Below, piece after piece: positions 13,000 through 27,900 of a stretch of DNA of 64,000 nucleotides; position 1 is the stretch's first letter; every line of letters starts with the position of its first letter. The notes under the pieces are model-generated. The model was not told the DNA's origin. It was given only the letters and a program-made list of their open reading frames with translations, and searched no databases. The stretch lies in NCBI GenBank assembly GCA_030141605.1, contig JAQGDQ010000467.1:1-64000 (forward strand). The letters are read 5' to 3'. The stretch is from Tubiluchus corallicola (taxonomy: Eukaryota > Animalia > Priapulida). Made by a program: the position numbers and the translations under genes.

Positions 13000-15900
13000 T
13001 CACAACAATGTATATGAGTTAACATCTCCAGTATATTCGCATACAGAATCATAGGAGTATTTCTCAACAATGTCTTGTTCGAGGAGAAACTGTACAGTTG
13101 CCATGCTGCGAGACCTGTCCCTCTTCAATATAGTGGCAAGCTAGACAAAGAAAATTTATGGATATCATAGACAAGAACGCGATATTATGATATACAGAGG
13201 GTTTCCTATGTAAGAGCTCACATCATTTTAAAACAATCTTGAATGATAAAAATACTGTTTATAACTAAGCATAAAAAACACAGGGTATCAGCAAATGACA
13301 GCCATATTTCGGCCGTTTTTTGCAAAAAATTGCAAAATTTATACCTCTTATTTCTGAAGAACTGGAACGGGCCATGGGTGGTGCTGGTTATGGATAGATA
13401 GCCCGTTCAGCGGTGGGTGTAGTAGGCATATTTAGAATTCGCGAGAGGGCCACGGCGTCCCGTAACGGGCGTTTTCCCGGACCAAACTCCGGCTTTTTTT
13501 GAAATTTTGACCAAACAGCATGCGGAAAAGACATTCTAGCGGCACCTGGTGGGACTCTCGGAAGGGGATATACGGCTCTTTAGAAAGAGGAAGGACAGGG
13601 CTACACGATGATGTGGGCTATATTTTAGGATACGTCCACCAAAAGGAGTACTGACGAGTTAATTAGATGTTCTATTTTTGGCAATTTTCGATTAGAAAAC
13701 TGCTCACGCAAAGCCATGGTTGTAACGTCATCCATTATACTCTGGCTATAACCTTATAGCTTTAATTCAGTAAAAGCTGCTGCTGCTGGCTTGCGTTAGG
13801 CAAGTAAACAAACACTAGGTAGGATGTTCGCGTATTTTTGATTATGAGTGTATTTATACACAAAATTTTTTGCAGGGCCTTTGCTAATAATATATGAATG
13901 TACACAATATAACCTTTGATATAGTTTATGCTAAACTTCTGCAGCCAATCACATACCTTGCGCTTATGTTCACCTTCCAAAACCATGACGTAAGCTGGAT
14001 CGTTCCTAGGGATCACTGTTTCTAGCATCGACTGTTTCACATCTAAATCAAAAGAACATGCTGTTCAAACAGGAATAATGACAGTGTTTACATAAACGTT
14101 CTGCCACATATTATACTGGGTAAAAGGTGTTGTGTTTTGTTTCTCTCGGAAGGCTCGTAGAGAAAACCAGAAAACACGCCGTCAAATAAAACTAGTTTAT
14201 TTAGCGAGAATTCTACAACACAAAAGTATGAAGGAATGCAAAATAATTATCTGAAAATGTAAGTATACAAGAGAATGTGTAAGTATACGTCCGTGCGAGA
14301 TCTTCGTGCTCTGTGCGCTCCCATGTCGGCGGCCTGCTTCGCCTTATATAGCGCGCTGAAGAAGCTTCCAGAAGTAATGTTCCAGAACATTCCAGACGGT
14401 AAGACGATCATTCCAATGGAACATTCTACAATGTTCTATGTAATTCTAATAGATGCCAGCGATCTCCACAACAAAAGGTTCAATCACATGATGACGAATT
14501 TTGTAAATAACGAAATGGTCTTCGTGAAGCCAAGCAATACAGTATGTCGGGCCAGCGAATTTGGGGTGCTACTTAGAAGGTTTTATATGCCATGCTGATT
14601 CAGGCTGTTTACGCTGCTGAGAGATAACGCATTTACATCTGAATGTATCTGTGAAAGTCATGTTTGAGGTTGTAGTTGAACACTTTGTAGAAAAAGAATA
14701 AAACACTATACTACATATCTGCACAAAACTGAAAAGCATTTATTAGACTAAATACACATATGTAGAATGACTGCTACACTGAACACTGAGGACAAGAGTG
14801 TCCTGCACTGATCACTGAGAGTTAGACAGTAAGTGACGCGAGTATTACAACTAGCATGACTTCTGCACTGCATTGAGAGTGAGACAGAGAGTGACTAGAA
14901 GTAGAATCCAGTCAGTATATATAGGTATAGGCAGGGCACTTTATTTATGACTTTTCTTGCAAAATAGTCATAAATAGTCATAAATAAGATTTCAAATTTG
15001 TCATAAATAACGAAAGAAAAATAATCATTTCCCGATGAATGGAACAAAAAATTCAGTACAGAAAACTGTTTCCACCGTCTCTCTCTCTCTCTCTCTCCCA
15101 CACACACAGGCAGTCCATAAGAAGCTTGCGCGTGACTGTTTGGTGGACTAACACAGTAACTGAGACTGTCTAACTGATGCGTTTATCTGTCATTAACTCG
15201 TCTAGAAGCAACCTAAATAATAAAAAGTAAATGAGCGCGTTACCGCGAAAAAATAAATAGGCACCGACAGAATCGTTGTCGTTCCATCGAAAATTTGAAT
15301 TAAAGACAGCTTACCTATTTTAATGTCCTAAAGTTCTGCCGCCTCAAACCTACGCTCTGCACAATAACAGAAATCTACACTTCTAATTCTTTTCTTTGCA
15401 CGTTCATTTCAGTGCCTTTCTCATCCTAGCGGCGTTAGGGGTGAGCATTCTCTACCAGAAAGCGAATTCGAATCGAACCGAATTTGTGACTTTCGAATTC
15501 GAATCGAACCGAACTTCGATGCTTACCCCTAAGCGGCGTAAGTCAATGGCTTGGGTGTAGGTTTTAGCTCGAGTTTGCCGCAAGCGTTTCCCGTGCCTTA
15601 CTGCCTCATCCTCAAGAAATAAGAATAATGCCGTCTGCTAGAATTTGAGCATATTTTATCTTTGGGAGAATTTGTTGCTTCATTGTCATTAAAATTTAAC
15701 TGTTTTTCTTGTTTAGTTATTTTGCTTAATGTAATTTTAATTAGAAAACATACGTGACGGTTCCCTAGAAAGATGTAATAGCCAATAGTATTTTCCAACA
15801 TTAAATTTAAAATCGATATTTAAAAAAATACATTATTTACTTGTACTAATTGTGGCTACGAATTGTGACTGTACGAATTAATTAATAGATTGATTTTTAT

Positions 15901-18900
15901 GAGCAGTAATTTTATAGGTCATCCTAAACAAATTAAAACCGATACTATAATTATTATAAACACGATCACGGATTTCAGTCTGGAGGGATGCCTGCATGCA
16001 AAACAATACGAGAAACTTCAGGCCTTGGAATGATGAAAGTAGACATTTTTATTACATTTTAATGTAATGAAGAACGAAGAAAGGCAAAATACAAGATTCT
16101 GATTAAAAATATGTATTTCTTTTAGCTCAGGATGGCATTTTTGGTCAAAATTTGACACGTCATAAATAGTCATAAATAAAATCTGAAATTAGTATTAAAT
16201 AAGCTATTTATGCAATTTATGACTAAAGTCATAAATAAAGTGCCCTGGGTATAGGTAATTATGCAAACTTGGCTTCACAAATACCATTACTGTAAATAGG
16301 GGGAGATCCAGTGAGTATGCATATTCACTGGACCGAACAATTACACTAGGGGTGAGTTTGGCTAGTAAAATGTAAAGGGATTAGTTAATAGATGGCAGCA
16401 CCTAAAAATATACAGTTACAACTTCCACAGTATCTGAAATCTAAGAAGAATAGCCTTGATAAACAGCAAGATTCCAGTCAAGCCACAACCATGAACATTC
16501 TAACGTAGAGTGACGGACAGATGAGAGGTACCGAAACGAAGAAAGACTGAAGGTGTGAGCAGACCTCTTACCTGTTGTTGATTTCTTTTTTAATATTCCA
16601 ATAAAAGTGAATCAAACTTTCAAAGCCTATAAACTTTCTACTTTCATTGCAAAAACTACAGACTAATGCTTTTTTTGTTATTCTTTAGAGAATTATCCAA
16701 AACGAGGCTAGTGGCAACTCAGTTTAAAAATACGAAAAACGGGTACAAAAAAATAAAATTAAAAAATCTTATAACAAACTTGCCATGATAATTATTGCAG
16801 ACCTCTTAAATTGTTGAGGATGCTTTCATCATAGTTTATGACTTTAGTTGAATTACTTTAATTTTGTGCATTATAAGTTTATAGGTACTTCATTTGAAGG
16901 TTGAAATGAACGTTGAAAGTTCCATAAACCCCAAACCAAAATTCGTCAGTAAAGGAGCAAATTTAAGAATCAGAGTACAGTCGACCCTCGTTAAAGCGGA
17001 CCCCGTTAGCCCGGATATCAGATAAGACGGACGTCATCCGTGGTAAAGGAAACTGACCGAGCCGGAGCGCGAAATACAACACGGCCTACCAACTCACCAC
17101 GAGCCAGTGACGGGCCGAAGTATATATTGCAATGTATATAATGCAATGTATATAGTCCTTATTAAGGTGATTATTCCTGGATAATATAGACCATATATAG
17201 GCATATCGGATAAATCAACAATCGGCTAAATCGAACACCCACCCCACCCCCACCCCCAATTAGTTCGGTTTAACGATGGTTGACTGTATTTTGCTAATGG
17301 TTGCATTTTATAAACGGATATGCAGAAAGACCCTGAAATTAAGTTTACAATAAAAATGATGAGTACAGTACTGCAAAACTGTAGTACGTGGGCTTAGCTT
17401 GAGTGAAAGTACCATAAGCTGTCATCAAAGCAATAATTTTAAACCATTAATTTGTTTTCCATGAAAAAAATCAGACATTTCTATGCCTTAATAAACACAC
17501 ATCTTGATCATTAGTAGACAATTTTACAACTGTTTCTTTAAATCAAAACAAAAACAAAAATAAAAAAAAATATAAAAAATCAAATTCAAGTTACCTTCCA
17601 AAAGCCGCCTGTCATCTGTTCTGCAAACACACGTATCTAAACTCACTAGATCTTCAATTATCACCTGAAAAATAATAATTAATTAATTAATAATACAATT
17701 AGTACAATTAATTAAAAATGTACTTACTAAAGTCAACAAAACTGATATTAGTGGCAGACAATTTATTATACAGTCGACCCTCGTTAAACCGGACCCCGTT
17801 AGAGTGGATATTGGATAAGACGGACGTCATCCATGGTAAAGGAAACTGACCGATTTCCGTCCGAGCCGGAGCGCTAAACACAACACGGCCTACCAACTGT
17901 ACAATAATTTCTTTATCCTCACAGGTTAACTATTTTAAAGTAATATACAGTATAGAATATAGTGCACAGTATACAGTGCAATGTATATAGGCCTTATTAA
18001 GGTGATTATTCCTGTATAATATAGACCATATATAGGCATATCAGATAAATCGGACAATCGGGTAAACCGGACCACCCACCACCCCCAATTAGTCCGGTTT
18101 AACGAGGGTTGACTGTATTTACTTTATAAATGTACTTGGAGTTACAAAATTAATGAGCATTTTTAAGATTTATTTTTGATATCCAGTAATAACGTATTCT
18201 ACCAGTAAAATTATCACCAGTAAAATGCCTAGGACTGCACACTGCACAGAGTGAATTAGTCACTACAAATGCAGCCAAATGCAGCCACTGATCAATGGGA
18301 AGTAATGGAATAAACAAACATGTTTTAAGTGAAAGGTCAGCTTCCTAGTACACAGCCTGTAAATAACTTCACTAAGTTTGTGACAAACTGCACGTTTGAT
18401 AGATCATGTTCACCACTAGTTCTTCACTGTTACATGCATTTCAGCACTAAGTAAGACGAGCACTAGCACCTGCATTTTTAAAATGCATTGCACAAAAAGC
18501 AGGTGTTGTACCTAACAGTTCAGATGTGTTAGTTTCTGACGAACTACACACGTTGGACAGTTCATGCGTGAGCACAGGGGTAAATTTGAAATTTTAATTT
18601 TTATCTTAGAACTTTCCTAGTTTTATGCATCTTACAGTAGCATTGTACTCCAATTTTTGCTTTCGCAAACAAGTGCAACACGCTCATGGAATGTTTTCTT
18701 GTTGAAAATCATGCTAATTTGTTGATGTCATCAATAATTAAGCTCACCCGCCATTTTTAATCTATTATTTAACTATCAGAAACGCTTTTGCAGTATTAAT
18801 TGTGTTAAAACGTATACTTTTATCTGACTTGAAAATAGGGTAGTATATGAAAAATCATCCTGTCTTTCTTGAAAGCACAAGAAAACTCTCCACTTACATA

Positions 18901-21900
18901 AAGCTTAAAACATTATTTATGCAACACATTACTACATGGAACTCAAAGTCATTAAGAAGATCCTCATTAGCATTTGGGTTTTCATCACTTTTGCTCTATC
19001 CCGAAACCTGATCATGTGTGACCAGACAGATGAATGGTACCTCATAAATAACAATAAGACAAAATCTGGTCGCTAGTGACTGAAACCTTTAATGTATATT
19101 GTGAAGGATTTTAGGTTATTTTATTACTTCAGTGTTCTCTCATTCTGTAAACCCCCTTATATTGTCCTTTTGAACTGCATTCATGTATGTATGTCTTGAC
19201 TTGGCTTCTTTCTGTCATGCTCTACTGACAGAGCTAGTTTAGCTGGCTAGTTGGCAGTCTGTTCTTGGCTAAGAGAGTCGTTGTTGTTGTTGTTGTTGTT
19301 ATTGTTGCTGTTTTGTCTCAGTTAAACCATTTATTTGTCAAGAGTAGTAGAGCCATGATGTAAGTTTATTCAGTCTCACTTTATTATTAATTTCCTTGTT
19401 TCTTTTTTGGCTCAAATTAGTTTGTCATATTTTGTTATGATTTTTCTTGCAGATAAAACGTAATACAACTACTCAAACATGAATTTTTTGACTTTGGGCA
19501 TCATGAAGTAGTAGTCTCTCACATATATGATTTAAGCAGCATTGATTTTTGCCTCTGAAACGTATCTGAGTTCTTTTGCATTACTTTCTAAGGAAAACTT
19601 GGCTTCGATAAACGATGTTTTGCTTAACGTTTTTCTGGAATGCACTAGCATGATTAAGTGAGGACTTACTGTGTGAGGTTTGAATGTGAGAATCTATGCA
19701 TGCAGCATGTAATATAATTGATATCTGACCTTGTCTGTATTTTTCTTCTTATCATCTTGAGACCTTGTTAACTCTTGCCTTACGCATGTGACTTGATTGT
19801 ATCTAAATTTCTTGTATCAATATCTAAATTGTCTCTGTACTTTAATTACATACATATTTTGAAAATTATGAACATTTTAATCGCATCTATAATTCTCATC
19901 GATTTCTCCTTTCTCGCGATTCACGACTCATTTCTGAGCTCTTTCTCCTCAGAACTCTTTTTTTTATCTTTTTTGTGTTTCATTCATGCCATTCGTTAAA
20001 TTAACACAGCACAAGTTCTTTCTCTCAGAGTTGACTTGATGTATCTTCATATTGCTCTGTATGTACATTAACACAAGCGTGTGCAAATTATCTGACTAGC
20101 CGGGCCACATTAAACTTTCCCACAATTCCTGCGGGCCACAGGCAGTTTGATCAAGGAGGCAAGTACAGAAAGACATAATAACGATTTTTTTTTGCATCCG
20201 ACCTGCGTACATCATTACTACTACACTCAAGAAACTATTTTAGAAGTTATTAAAATTTATATTACAAACCATATATTTCTACTTTCAGGACAGATAGTGG
20301 TAATTTCATTACAACACATATTAGTAATGTGTATCACACAGTCTGTGTAGTACAGTGACATTAAGCTACAACCATCTTGTAAGGGTTAATGGCATCCGAT
20401 CTAGTAGAAAAAACTACCCGCACTATCTTTGGGATCGTGGCACAGACTTCAGCTGGATACACTCAATTAATCGCCCGGGCCGCACTTTCATTAGGTTGAC
20501 AAATCTCTTCGTGGGCCGCACAAATTCTCTCGGCGGGCCGCAATTTGCACACCCCTGCATTAACACAATGGCATTGTGCGTAATAAATGTAATATATATA
20601 ATAAAACTAATCTCACCTTTTCCTTGTAATATTTTCCATGCTTGTAATTCTTATCTATTAGTCTAACTCTAAGCAATGGCTGGAGCCAGAACTTTTCTGT
20701 TTTACTGGGACTTCCTGACCTGCCAAAATATAATATCCCTGTTAAATGCATCACAACTTCAAAGTAAAATTTTAAATTTAAAGGTGTGCACAGTATTTTT
20801 TCCTATATCGTAAAATTCCTAGTTCACAAGTAGTATTGTAAAACAGTTTAGAATCTATATTGGTTTACTGTTACTAGTTCATAGTACTGATTTACAGTGT
20901 TCTTAACAAACTTTTGATTAAAGGTCTGTTAGTTCCTGTTGGTTTCATGTTAATTCTAAAAGATGGCGCCACCGATATGTAAATAGTGTTGGTAATTACA
21001 TATCATACATAGCATGGGCCATCTACCACCAAGAAACATGAAGCATTATAATCCAGTAGTCTTTAAAATGGCTAATTTGGCGTATTTTGAAAATTAAAAA
21101 AAACAATCTCAGCAATTACTATTTCTTTTTCAAATGCAATTAACAGTGGTAGTGTTTTGAATTTTAACTTACAGTGTCACTTGTCACATCCTTAACAACT
21201 TTATCATTTGCAATAGAAAATATAAACAGCAAAAGCATGCGCTAAAACATGCGAAACGTGATTCTATAAACTCACGTCGTGTCATCTTGGCTGTTCACTT
21301 GATCGTGTTTTCTTTTTCTGATCTTTCCTATTGATGTCTTCTTATCATCCTCTTTCTTATCATCTTTTAGTCTCTCGTGAATTTGGTCATCGTCGTGATG
21401 ATTTAGTTCCGTATGGTCTGTGATGATCTCGGTCTCCGCTTTATCTTTACAACAGAAACAGCAGGCATGGTAATTAAACAAAAAAAAACAACTCTGTGCA
21501 ATTTAATTATACAATACAGTCGACCCTCGTTAAACCGGACCCCGATAGCGGATAAGACGGACGTCATCCGTGGTAAAGGAAACTGACCAATTTCCGCCGG
21601 AGCCCGAGCGTTAAACACAACACAGCCTACCAACTCACCACGATATACGTATACTGTACTTTTTTATTATTTAAACTGTACAATAATTTCTTTATCCTCA
21701 CAGGTTAACTATTTTAAAGTAATATACAGTATAGTATATATTGCAATGTATATAGTGCAATGTATATAGGCCTTATTAAGGTGATTATTCCTGTATAATA
21801 TAGACCATATATAGGCATATCGGATAAAACGGACAATCGGCTAAACCGGACCACCCTCCCACCCCCAATTAGTCCGGTTTAACGAGGGTTGACTGTACCT

Positions 21901-24900
21901 AGATCAGTAAAGATATTGCAAACGTAAATTCTAACTGTAATAATTTTAACAGTAGTAATGTTACAATATTCTAAAAATAGATAGATAATCTGGCATCATA
22001 ATAAGTTTAATTAACAAACACATTCTTCCCCATTGGTGTTGTTGAAACTTTCTTTACATCAGCATCAGGACCAGTGCCAATTTATCAATGAGAAAGAATT
22101 TGTTGCTTGAAGACAATAAGTCATAAGTCATTTATTTCACATTACACATTTACAATAGTTTCATGTACAATATTTAATGAAAGGGCCTACAATGGATATA
22201 ATACAAATAAGAAATACTGCACAGGAAAAGCCTCAAACACTGTTCACTTATACACGAAGGTAAATGTGTTGCGGGCAATCAAAAAGCAGGACTTGTTAGA
22301 TTGTCCCACACAGTGATAGAAAAAAAGTAATGGAAATAATCTGAGAATTTAAAGTGAATCGTGTGACAAAAAAACATTAGTGCTTAAAACGGAATGATGT
22401 AATGAATGAAGCTCATATATGAGATGATATAAAAGATAGAAAGACTATTACTTGTTAATAGTATGTAAAATTAAGATAACTTGATTAAGATAACACCACT
22501 GTTTTGTAATTACTGTGAGGATGGACACTGATAGAAATTTTGATTACTCACTGATACTTACTTAAAATTTGATTTTTTAGCATTTTTTTAAATCTAGTAA
22601 TAGATCTGCTATTTTTTGCGGATTGACAAATCTCATTTCAGACTTTTGGTCCATGAAATATTATAAAATGTTTAGCTATGTTGGTTCTACAGAAAGGCAC
22701 AATGTATGATTATGCTGCACATATTAAAATTACACATGAAGCAGTACTGAGTCTGACAGTAAACGGATAGGTAACCTGCCAGAAAATTGGCTTTAGTTGG
22801 TTCTACCTGTCATACTGCCCCCTGCCAGTTTCCTAACTGAAAAAGATGTACACTCATATAAATGTGAGTAAGACAGAATTTCCTTTAATTCAGTATCTCA
22901 TCTTGGAAGATTATCCTTGATGCAATGTTAGGTTTGTGTCAGACCACAAGGGTTACACGTTAATAGTAACCGTAAATTGAATGCTTGATTCCAGCTTGTG
23001 GTATGCCAAGGTGTACGAAAGATTACTGTAAATTTGTTCCAACAAATATTTTTATTGGAACAGCAAACAAATGACACAAGTAAAAATGGCACACGTAAAA
23101 ATGGCACAAGTAAAAATGGCACAGGGAAAAATGGCACAAGTAAAAATGGCACAGGAAAAAACTGGAACTGCAAACAAATGGCACAAGTAAAAATGGGACA
23201 GGTAAAAATGGCACAAGTAAAAATGGCACAGGAAAAAATTGGAACAGCAAACAAATGGCACAGTAAAAAATTGGAACAGCAAACAAATGGCAGGTTTAGT
23301 AATATACGTGCTTAGGGTTAGTGACCCTATAAGGTGGCTTGGTGCGCATATGTCTGTCAGTTTATTGCCACCCAAATTAATGGTGAAAAAGTCAGATAAA
23401 CAGTATAACTATGTGGAACATTCGCGCATCATTGATTATTAACACATTTAATGAACTGTTTTGTGAATCTTTTGCTAGGCTATGTGCCGACGCAATCAGG
23501 CACTATAGTCACGTGACCGGCGATTGTTTAGGGCGCAAGTGACAGGACATATTTCACAGTTGTTGCTAAGAGAAAAGATGTATTACACGTTACACATTTA
23601 TCATGTCAAATGAAATATGCTAAACAAAACTTTCCAAATATGTAAATTGACATTGGCTTGAAAAGTACATCAGTGCTTAATTTTTGATACTAAAGAAAAT
23701 GAATTAATTCCAGTGTGTACAAGTTGTTACTGTTTGAAAAAATTATTTTTTAGTACTTCAGAAATTCTAAAAATAGACTATATAATACACCATAATACAC
23801 TATATAATTTTAAGAAAGTACTTTCTTAAAAATGTAGTCTAGTTTAGTCTAGTCTTAAGAAATCTAGTCCTGATGTAAAAAATTCAATAAAAATGCAAGA
23901 GATTTAGCAGATAATTTTCATTCCGCTACATACTATACTAAAAACAAGTTCTGACTTGAATCTTGCATGTGAAATTCCAATTTTTACACATATAAAACTG
24001 TCCAACTTCCCTCAAGCTAGGGACAGTGCGAAAAAATCAAGTGCAAAGTAAAAATATTTAATGTGTGCAAAAATTTTATAATATAATATAATGTAATGTA
24101 ATATAATATAATATAATTAATATAATATAATATAGTATAATATAATATAACATAACATAACATAACATAACATAACATAACATAACATAACATAACATAA
24201 CATAACATAACATAACATAACATAACATAACATAACATAACATAACATAACATAACATAACATAACATAACATAACATAACATAACATAACATAATATAA
24301 TACAATACAATACAATACAATATAAAATAATATAATATAATATAATATAACATAACATAACATAACATAACATAACATAACATAACATAACATAACATAA
24401 CATAACATAACATAACATAACATAACATAACATAACATAACACAACACAACACAACACAACACAATATAATATAAGCCTTCGAGACAAGTGAGCAACGGA
24501 AAATTATTCAGATAAAAATACAAAAGTATGCTTACTTAAATATTTGGAGTACTTCTTATACTCTTTGCATGTGACTGTCCTGACATGTGATTGAGAAATG
24601 GTGATTGTCTTGTTGCTAAGCGTCAGCCTCACAAACGCGCGGGCATTATCCTCATCCAAACCTTCCACCTAAAGCACCGGTTTTATTCATTTTAGTTCAA
24701 CAAGATGCAAAAGTCTTAAAAACAGTGATACATACTTAAAAAATTACACGTATAGTATTTCTAACTTTATTTATCATCATCTACTAGGTAAGCACTTTAA
24801 AGTTGTTGCTAAATGATGCAATGACTAACTTTACATAAACATAAAAATCTTCCAAGACGAGATGTTCCAACAGTTAAACACAAAGATTTAATCAGCTAGA

Positions 24901-27900
24901 ATAGCTGAAATGATGGAACTGCACAAGCTTTGCTAGGTGTAATATAGGTTTTACACGTCAAATGTGGACACAGGAAAGTTCAAATGTGACTTAGGTAAGT
25001 CAAACGTAGACACAGGAATTTCGAATGTGTTTTGGTAACTCAAATGTGACTTAGGTAAGTAAATGTAGACATAGGAATTTCGAATGTGTTTTGGTAACTC
25101 AAATGTGACTTAGGTAAGTCAAATGTAGACACAGGAATTTCGAATGTGTTTTGGTAACTCAAATGTGACTTAGGTAAGTAAATGTAGACATAGGAATTTC
25201 GAATGTGTTTTGGTAACTCAAATGTGACTTAGGTAAGTCAAATGTAGACACAGGAATTTCGAATGTGTTTTGATAACTCAAATGTGACTTAGGTAAGTCA
25301 AATGCAGACATAGGACATTAGACTTGACATGTGTCTACATTTGACTTACCAAAAAACGCTTAAGATTTGTTGAAAACCATTGTTAACACATTTGAACTAG
25401 CTAAGTCTACATTTGAGTTACCAAGACACATTTGAATTACCTAAATCTACATTTGAGTTAACGTAGGTCTACATTTGACGTGTAAAACCTATATTACGCT
25501 ATCTCACTTTTTTAAAATATCCAGCGAAGTTTACCAGGCGGGAGATAAGAATGAGTTAAGTTTCTCCTACATTTTAAGCATGGCATTCTATGCACATACA
25601 CTATATGGTAATTTCAATATTTTTACGCATATAACAAAATACATTGAATGTCATCTGAGAGATGTTTTTACCTTTAAATAAACCTTATCTGCAACCTTAT
25701 AAATAAATAATATAGCAAGGTCAATAAGAAGGTATTAAATATATGTTTTACATGTCAAATGTAGACCTACGTTAAGTCAAATGTAGATTTAGGTAATTCA
25801 AATGTGTCTTGGTAACTCAAATGTAGACTTAGGTAGTTCAAAGGTGTCTTGGTAACTCAAATGTAGACTTAGGTAGTTCAAATGTGTCTTGGTAACTCAA
25901 ATGTAGACTTAGGTAGTTCAAATGTGTTAACAATAGTTTTCAAGAAATCTTAAGCGTTTTTGGTAAGTCAAATGTAGACACATGTCAAGTCAAATGTGAC
26001 ATTAGTATCACAAATGTGGATAGGTGTCAAAATAACAACTTTATAGGTCTACTAATAGTTCACTAATATTCTGCAAACTTTACATACCACTGGAACTGTT
26101 AGAGAAAACAATACATTCCTAAAATAAGCAATGTTTCTTGAGAGAAACTAATTCATTAATGCAGTGCTAATGTATTACTTAAAAAACTAATTAGTGATTC
26201 ACTGTTCATTGGGAAGTGGGAACCGATTTATTCTTTTCTGCCGACATTTTCTATAAAACGTTGACAAAATAAAATGTAGAATTCTATGCCTACACTTGAC
26301 TTACCTAAGTCACATTTGAGTTACCAAAACACATTCGAAATTCCTATGTCTACATTTGACTTACCTAAGTCACATTTGAACTTTCCTGTGTCTACATTTG
26401 ACGTGTAAAACCTATTCAACTACACGTATAACTTTATAAATCCCCAAAAAAACAACAAGTAGCTTCACATGAGAACATAAAAAAAATGTTCTATTTGCAC
26501 TTCAGAAACAATTATTAAATGATAACTAAATAAGAATAAATAATGAAGTAAACTACACTTTACTTTTGTAATAATGTTAACATGTCAGAAAGAGTGCACT
26601 TAGTTTTGAACAAGTTTTTGAGTTATTCTAGAATGAGGCACTGAACCAAGAGAGGTGCCTGAAGAACACACGAATGTAAATGAACTCGCCCCAAAAAAGA
26701 GCTGAACAACTAGAATCAGTATGGCAAATAAAACCACGCAGAGAAATACTGAGCCAGACGGTGACCATCTATTTACAAGTCAGGCTCAGCATTGCTTAAC
26801 TCGGTCACAAAACACACAAGGTCGCTCACCTGAGCAAATTAACGTATTTTCAGCAGAAATTTTATGCATAGCAACTGAATATACAAACAAAAAAAACTTC
26901 TGATATTCTCACTTACTTTCCCATATAGTCCTTTGTGGCTTCCCCTTTCTATGACAACACAGCTTCCTTTTGATAAACTTTCATCCTCATCTTCACTGTC
27001 AGCTTTCGAATTCTGTTTGTTTGACTTCCCAGCACCGAGCCCCAATCCCTTGGGTCGAAGAATAGCTTCCACCGGAGTTACAGGACTACCAAGAGAGAAC
27101 AAGGTCATTTTAATTTTTTTACAATTGGTCGAGAGTAATTATTTCAGCCATTTTGTTGCTTAGAAGTATAATATCCCCATAAAAATGTTTCTACAGAGTA
27201 TGTGCAAGTTGTAATTGTACATTTTAATTAGGTGCTGCCATCTATGAACTAATCCTGTTACATTCTACCAGCTGACTTACCCCCAGTATAATTGTACGGT
27301 CCAGTGAATGCATATTCACTGGTTCTCTCCCTATTTTAAAGTAATGGTTGTTGTGAAGCCTGTGCAAGTCTGCATAGGTCACCTATACCTGTGTATACTC
27401 ACTAGTTTTGCTTTCTAGTCACTCTCATTCTCAGTGTTCAGTGCAGCAGTCATGCTACTCACGTGTCTGTAGTTTTAATAAACACTTTTCTGTCGTGTGC
27501 AGTGCAAATATGTATTATAGATTTTTTATTCTTGTTCATACTTCTCTGTGCCTAAACTCAATCATAGCAAAGTGAGTGACCTACAACTTCAAACATGACT
27601 TTCACAAGAATAATTTCATTGACAATGATGCAAATAATTTTCTTAATATACCTGCTTCTGTGCATATTGCTTTTAACAAATCACACAGCACGTTTTCAGT
27701 TCCGACAGAAACAACAAAATTATCATAAAGGATTTTTTTCAAAATTTAACTAATTGTATTTCATTAAATCAGTGAAACTCATTTTTGAAGTTGTTGTTCA
27801 GTCACTTTGTTATGATTGAGTTTAGACACAGAGAAGTATGAACAGGAACCAAAAATCTATAATAAATATTTGCACTGCACTACAGAAAATATGAGTAGCA

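Larger units (their letters stand above)
14650..16429. mobile_element. Solo LTR family 1 copy interrupted by a hAT-type element
   Basis: Termini TGTGAAAG...TTCCACA with TSD GTATC; the two halves align to 2043-2461. Confidence 0.78.

Noticed and set aside
14275-14598. ORFs with [11 protein letters not shown] repeated at 30560 and (antisense) 51666
   Set aside because: They lie within solo LTR family 2 and show no protein-family features.
19725-20065. Purine-rich minus-strand stretch resembling an extra charged GPKOW exon
   Set aside because: It contains stop codons, and the flanking exons already join in phase without it.
22928-23375. Cys/Phe-rich and KNGT-repeat ORFs
   Set aside because: Open in several frames only because of a 15-bp minisatellite.
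24017-24523. CYVML-repeat ORFs in three frames
   Set aside because: Translation of a (CATAA)n microsatellite.
24960-25330. CRISPR-like regular repeats (also 6241-6636 and 63368-63527)
   Set aside because: Units are head-to-tail with no unique spacers, there are no cas genes, and the context is a eukaryotic intron.
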